NCBI GenBank assembly: GCA_946544555.1
Contig: CAMNMI010000001.1
Coordinates: forward strand, 1 to 30,822
Reading direction: 5' to 3'
Length of the DNA: 30,822 nt
Source of the DNA: an uncultured Rickettsiales bacterium
GTDB lineage: Bacteria; Pseudomonadota; Alphaproteobacteria; Rickettsiales; Deianiraeaceae
How positions within the stretch are numbered: position 1 is the first letter of the stretch; each line of letters begins with the position of its first letter. The notes under the pieces were generated by a model. The model was not told where the DNA came from. It saw nothing but the letters and a program-made list of their open reading frames with translations, and did not search any database. Below, one piece after another: positions 26,310 through 30,822 of the stretch. The position numbers and the translations under genes are program-made.

Positions 26310-27530
26310 CTAATCTCCCTTAGCCAGCAATCTGCTACCGTATTTTACAACTGCAAAGCCAAACACAACAAGCGGCAAGACCAACAAAATTGCACCAATG
26401 TGGTAGGAAATATATTTCGCTACAAACCCAATAAACATTGTGGCAATCACATTTATAATAGTCGCCAAAGACATTGAAACAGAGATTGCGCTGCCTCTGA
26501 TTTTTTTGTTAGAATAGTGCTCAAACCTGCGTTCCACTGACACTTCAATCGTGGAGAAAGTTGCACACATTGCAAAGCATGACAGCACAAACAAATATGG
26601 TGAGTAAATTATAACCGCAAACAAGGTTGCCACCAGTTCTGCTGCATTAATAATAAAACATTTCTTCAATGAAATGCCGTTTGGAAGTATTGTAATTGGT
26701 ATTAGCGTACTTGCTGTCATAATGATCGTCAGAATTGTTGTATATGTTGCAACTTGCACGTCATTCCATCCCATATCAAGCAACAGCATGTGCCCTATTA
26801 TTGCTGCCAAAGGCCATGTTATGAAGTTCAGCACGCCATAAAAAGATAGCAGCCACGTGAACATTTTGCTTTTCTTGACGCACTCTGCAACTGACAAAAT
26901 AATCTCTTTTGTGCTGGCCAATTTAAACTCCTTGAATAACCCTGTTTTGTTGCTTGGAATAAACTTCACGACTGCTGCCAGAGCTGCAATTTTCAGCATA
27001 ATACTCACAACCACCAAGACATTATACCCGTGATTTTTCAACAGAATTGCGGAAACGCTTGACGCAATCGTCAGTGCAATATCCCAGGAAAAGTAATATT
27101 CTGCGGTTGTTCTGCCGTAAATATGCAACTTATCATGAACGCTCAATGTGTTGTAGATATATGATGAATATTTTCCATAAGTTATTCCATACGAAATTCC
27201 TATAAACATCATGGAAATGACAACGTTTGTAAATGTTGGGTTTAACAGCAAAACCAGTGAAATAATGTCAACAACTCGCCCGAATACGAATGTTGTTCGT
27301 GGGCCAAATCTGTCAAAAATTATCCCTCCAATGAATGTGAAAATGAAACGAAATACCTCCTTCAATGAGATAAGCGCCGAGATTTTCACGGGTGAAAATT
27401 CCAATGACTTGATAAATGGCACAAGCATGACACTAATCAGCGAGACATTTAGCATGCCGTATATTGTATTTCCCAGCCAAAAATGCGGTATGTTGAACTC
27501 TTTTTGTTCTTTTTTCTTGAAGAAAAGCAT
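26310..27530 (-). CDS. Major facilitator superfamily transporter
   Basis: 406 aa with about 12 TM segments; motif A GIIFDRFGPR. Confidence 0.85.
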   Translation of the reverse strand: MLFFKKKEQKEFNIPHFWLGNTIYGMLNVSLISVMLVPFIKSLEFSPVKISALISLKEVFRFIFTFIGGIIFDRFGPRTTFVFGRVVDIISLVLLLNPTFTNVVISMMFIGISYGITYGKYSSYIYNTLSVHDKLHIYGRTTAEYYFSWDIALTIASSVSAILLKNHGYNVLVVVSIMLKIAALAAVVKFIPSNKTGLFKEFKLASTKEIILSVAECVKKSKMFTWLLSFYGVLNFITWPLAAIIGHMLLLDMGWNDVQVATYTTILTIIMTASTLIPITILPNGISLKKCFIINAAELVATLFAVIIYSPYLFVLSCFAMCATFSTIEVSVERRFEHYSNKKIRGSAISVSMSLATIINVIATMFIGFVAKYISYHIGAILLVLPLVVFGFAVVKYGSRLLAKGD

Positions 27531-27576
27531 GACTTCAAACTACTGGATGAATTTATTTGTCAATGTAATTTTTTTT

Positions 27577-27708
27577 GTTGCGCGGCCGCAGGCCTTGACT
27601 TGTCAAGGGCGGAGGTGGTCGGCAGCGGCCGCGCATGCCAAAGACCCCGCACGTCCAATGGTGCAAAGTGCTTTTCGTGCGCAGGGGCTTTGGCGTAAAG
27701 ACCCGCAA
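27577..27708 (+). repeat. Family A structured repeat, copy A3
   Basis: 132 bp; differs from A2 at two positions. Confidence 0.95.
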
Positions 27709-27760
27709 ATTTTTTTCAAAACATTTCAACATTGTCAAACTTTCTCAAAAATTACTGATA

Positions 27761-28720
27761 TCATGAACTATCAAACCTATGTCTTCCAAATTCATGTCTT
27801 CTATTCCATCTTATCAATTTTTTTAGTTGTTTTTGAGTGGCTTCTTGTTTTTCCTTTTCTAATTTATAAATCAGGTTATTAAACTCCTTCGTCTCTTCTT
27901 CTGTCAGCGCCACAGGGCCAATGTTTTGTGGCAATTCATCTTGTTCAGAGTTCTTTTTGAATTGTTCATATGCTTTCTTGTATTCACTAAACGCAGTTTT
28001 TTCTTCTTTGTCTTCAACTTTTGGTCTGTGTTCTATGATAATTTCAGGATGCTTTTGACCAGCTTCACTGTCTTTTGGGTTACCAATTTTGTTTTCAAAT
28101 TTCTTTGCGAACTCTTCCATGTTAACGGAACTGTTAGGTGTAAATGTTCCAAATGTAGAAGCTAATTCTGGAACTGACAGTTTTTTGAGTTTTATATCAT
28201 CTATTTTATCCCGATAATAATCCCTACATCGTGCTTCGTTGTCAAATAGGCCGGCGTCATCTCGTGTATAAGCCGCAAAGTCATGCACATAATCCAATCC
28301 AAGATTTCTTATCATCTCACCAATAATAAGTGCCTCTTTGTCTGACATATATTCTACTTTATATTTTTCTTCTTTGTCTGGAACAATCTCCATACCTGCG
28401 CTCTCCGCTGTTGCTTTTATGCGATTTAATATAATTGTTGCATAAGCTATTGCTTGCAGGACACTGACTTTTCGTCCGCATATCAATGAAAACACATGCA
28501 TAAGTCGGTCTCTATTTGTCATCTCTTCCTGAAACATTTCTATATCGCTATAGTTTTCGTATAAATCCTTTATATCCAAATGACCCATGACATAATCACA
28601 GGCATCTATAACCTTGTTGCATATGGTAAATGCCTTTTGTAAAGCAATCTCCATGTTTAGCTTTGGTTTTTCCACCACAGCATCATTTCCATCGTAGTTG
28701 TAGATAATCTTTACAGTCAT
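27761..28720 (-). CDS. Hypothetical protein
   Basis: 319-aa ORF, helical and charged, E/K-rich C-terminus; no motif recognised. Confidence 0.6.
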   Translation of the reverse strand: MTVKIIYNYDGNDAVVEKPKLNMEIALQKAFTICNKVIDACDYVMGHLDIKDLYENYSDIEMFQEEMTNRDRLMHVFSLICGRKVSVLQAIAYATIILNRIKATAESAGMEIVPDKEEKYKVEYMSDKEALIIGEMIRNLGLDYVHDFAAYTRDDAGLFDNEARCRDYYRDKIDDIKLKKLSVPELASTFGTFTPNSSVNMEEFAKKFENKIGNPKDSEAGQKHPEIIIEHRPKVEDKEEKTAFSEYKKAYEQFKKNSEQDELPQNIGPVALTEEETKEFNNLIYKLEKEKQEATQKQLKKLIRWNRRHEFGRHRFDSS

Positions 28721-28780
28721 TTCGTTGAGGAGAATATTGGGTGGAAGTGAAAGTGGGAAGATAGAAAAATAAAAAATTTC

Positions 28781-28808
28781 TTGATTGCTTTTCTAAAACT
28801 GCTATAAT
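28781..28808 (+). promoter_or_regulatory. Candidate extended -10 sigma70 promoter
   Basis: TTGATT-N16-TATAAT with TG at the extended position (TGcTATAAT); ATG follows 6 nt later. Confidence 0.55.
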
Positions 28809-28814
28809 AAGGAT

Positions 28815-30149
28815 ATGGCAGATACACAAACAACAACACAGGCCGACAAAAATAATTTGTCCGGCGGCCAAATTGCTCTTATTATAATTGGATGTATATT
28901 AGTAATTGGTCTTGTGGCGTTATTCGTTGCTTGGTTGGTGGGTGATAAGAAAAAGAAGAAAAGTGGCGTCAAAACAAACACAATACAAATTGGTGGGCCA
29001 GTTAATCATGATATAAAGAAACAGAACAATGTTGCAAAAACTCCAACACCACAACCAGTACGGGCATCTGTAGTGCGTCGTTATGAAACAGTTGCTGCTC
29101 CAACCGCAGGTGTGATACCGACAGAAGAAGAATTAGGATATATTTCTTCAGAAGAAACAGAAGAACAACCTGATATGTATGAAAAACTTGGTTTGTTGGC
29201 TGGAATACTGAATGAGAAACCAAAGGAAAAAACAGAAGAACCTGAAAAAAAAGAAGGACCTGAAAAAAAAGAAGGAAAAAATGAGGAGGAAAAACAGAAA
29301 AAAGAAGAGCCAGACAAAAATGAGAAACCAAAGGAGGAAAACGAGAAACCAAAGGAGGAAAACGAAGAAAAAGCAAAGAAAGAAGATGACATAAAGGAAA
29401 ACAACGATAAACAAGTGGCCAAAGAAAACACAGAAGACGATGAAGAGCTGGATGTAGATGCAAAAGCACCACCATTTGCTGATGTAGGGCCTGGTAAAAT
29501 TTCCAATCCAGATGACAAAATTTCCAATCCCGATGACAAAAAAAACGGCCCAGAAAAACAACAATATGACGATTTAGTAGAAGACGACCCTGCGCTCAAG
29601 CAACTCTTTGGAATGATTGGTCTTAACGGGGGTAATGGTATTAATCAAACACCGGGGCCTTCTAAAAACAAACAATTTGGTAATTTAGGTAATATGCCAG
29701 GTATGCCAAAACAAATGGGACCAAACATGCCAATGCAAGCAACCAAACCACCATTTGATAATCCAATGCAAAAATCAGACGGTGGTCTTCCAATGCAAAA
29801 ATCAGGCGGCGGTCTTTTGGGTGCAGGTGGTTTTTCTAATACAAATCAGTCATCACCAGAAATGTTTAATGGTGGACAAAACAACGGCTTTCAAAATGTA
29901 CCTGCAAATATGGTACCTCCTCCACCAATGCCAAGTTTTAATCCATCAATGAATGCTGCTCCTGGACCATCTCAAAATGGTAATCCAACGATGCAGGATA
30001 ATCGAGGACATAATAATGACAATGGTGCAGATTTTTCATTCTCGGAGACAGAGGAACCACCAGTACAACCAAACAACAATCAATCAAAAATAAATTTGGG
30101 AATACAAAATAAATGCAACTGCCCGTCTTGCACTGGTGGCGGAAATTAG
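28815..30149 (+). CDS. Hypothetical single-TM protein with long disordered E/K- and P/M/Q/N-rich tail
   Basis: LSGGQIALIIIGCILVIGLVALFVAWLV followed by GDKKKKK; internal tandem duplications; C-terminal CNCPSC. Confidence 0.7.
   Translation: MADTQTTTQADKNNLSGGQIALIIIGCILVIGLVALFVAWLVGDKKKKKSGVKTNTIQIGGPVNHDIKKQNNVAKTPTPQPVRASVVRRYETVAAPTAGVIPTEEELGYISSEETEEQPDMYEKLGLLAGILNEKPKEKTEEPEKKEGPEKKEGKNEEEKQKKEEPDKNEKPKEENEKPKEENEEKAKKEDDIKENNDKQVAKENTEDDEELDVDAKAPPFADVGPGKISNPDDKISNPDDKKNGPEKQQYDDLVEDDPALKQLFGMIGLNGGNGINQTPGPSKNKQFGNLGNMPGMPKQMGPNMPMQATKPPFDNPMQKSDGGLPMQKSGGGLLGAGGFSNTNQSSPEMFNGGQNNGFQNVPANMVPPPPMPSFNPSMNAAPGPSQNGNPTMQDNRGHNNDNGADFSFSETEEPPVQPNNNQSKINLGIQNKCNCPSCTGGGN
29241..29816 (+). 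repeat. Four separate in-frame tandem duplications inside ORF 28815-30149
   Basis: 18 bp x2 (29241-29276), 21 bp x2 (29322-29363), 21 bp x2 (29496-29537), 27 bp x2 (29763-29816). Confidence 0.9.
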
Positions 30150-30154
30150 TGATC

Positions 30155-30691
30155 CTATCTACACATAGCAACAATTTTGCGGCCAGTCATCTTTGGCTCA
30201 TCAATGGATTTGCAGTGCGGTTTTAATGTCTCGCAGATTTTATTCATTAGCTCCATTGCGAAATCAGTTCTTTGCATATCACGACCTTTGAGTTGCATGA
30301 CAATCAGGACTGTATTTTTTTCCTCTAAAAATCCGATTGCACGGTTAATTTTTACATCCAAATCGTTCTTCTCAATGTGAATTGAAAATTGAACCTCTTT
30401 TGTTTTTTTAGTGCCTTTGTTATTGCCTTTCTGTTTTTTCTGCTGTTCGTATTTGAACTTTCCGTAATCACAAATTTTACAAACTGGTGGCACAGCATTT
30501 GGTGAAACATTTACCAACTCCAAGCCGGCTTCTTTTGCCCGATGCAAGGCCTCTTGCGTAGGCACAACGCCAACCATGTCTCCATTTTCATCAATTAAAC
30601 GAACTTCACGGATAGAAAACCAATTTGTTTTCTGACGTCCATCTTGCCTTTGATCGTTTCTGCGATCTGGCCTGTTGTAATAACGTACCAC
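30155..30691 (-). CDS. infC: Translation initiation factor IF-3
   Basis: EVRLIDENG..VGVV, A.EAGL.LV.VSPNA.PPVCKI.DYGKFKYE, KEVQF, GR; GTG start. Confidence 0.95.
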   Translation of the reverse strand: MVRYYNRPDRRNDQRQDGRQKTNWFSIREVRLIDENGDMVGVVPTQEALHRAKEAGLELVNVSPNAVPPVCKICDYGKFKYEQQKKQKGNNKGTKKTKEVQFSIHIEKNDLDVKINRAIGFLEEKNTVLIVMQLKGRDMQRTDFAMELMNKICETLKPHCKSIDEPKMTGRKIVAMCR

Positions 30692-30769
30692 TAATTAATA
30701 AATAAAACTTAACTCGCGCGGTGAATATTACGGTTTTTTTTAAAATGCAAGAGGGAAGTTTGAGAGGTT

Positions 30770-30822
30770 TTGCGCGGCCGCAGGCCTTGACTTGTCAAGG
30801 GCGGAGGCGGTCGGCAGCGGCC
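30770..30822 (+). repeat. Family A structured repeat, copy A4 (truncated by the window end)
   Basis: Identical to the first 53 nt of A2 after its first G. Confidence 0.9.

Noticed and set aside
13949-27882. Short ORFs built on repeats (13949-14209, 20222-20458, 21055-21294, 24850-25098, 24874-25218, 26208-26477, 27211-27882, 27483-27738)
   Set aside because: They are open because GC-rich repeats lack stop codons, and several overlap real genes; there is no independent coding signal.
29002-29599. Long antisense ORFs opposite the E/K-rich region, and similar shadow ORFs opposite pgk, eptA-like and recN
   Set aside because: Their F/S/L-rich translations are the expected antisense shadow of purine-rich coding sequence.
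21072-30822. A or B repeats as a CRISPR array
   Set aside because: The copies are long and dispersed kilobases apart, with no regular repeat-spacer period and no cas genes.

Overview
A 30.8-kb chromosomal window from an AT-rich, compact genome. It is most likely a Rickettsiales-type alphaproteobacterium, inferred from a stand-alone virB4 paralogue, an orphan GTA-type NlpC/P60 gene and a short GlnA-like protein. Housekeeping genes (metG 3' end, pgk-like, rnc, grpE, recN, iscA/erpA-like, lepB, tatB, infC, tRNA-Gln, tRNA-Arg) alternate with ORFans, several of which have a TM helix, a basic cluster and a low-complexity tail. The main unexplained signal is a two-family system of GC-rich, structured, intergenic repeats. 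Family A (~130 bp, 4 copies, all on +) and family B (~85-115 bp, 6 copies, with compensatory base-pair changes) share a ~18-nt terminus and bracket several accessory genes; no transposase or integrase is recognisable in the window. Other notable items: a full-length PGK whose substrate-binding and catalytic residues are largely replaced (candidate pseudoenzyme), a pilin-like gene coupled to an EptA/PptA-type transferase, two parS palindromes without parB, and an orphan ParA with an altered Walker A. All family assignments come from motifs recognised by eye; no database search was run.
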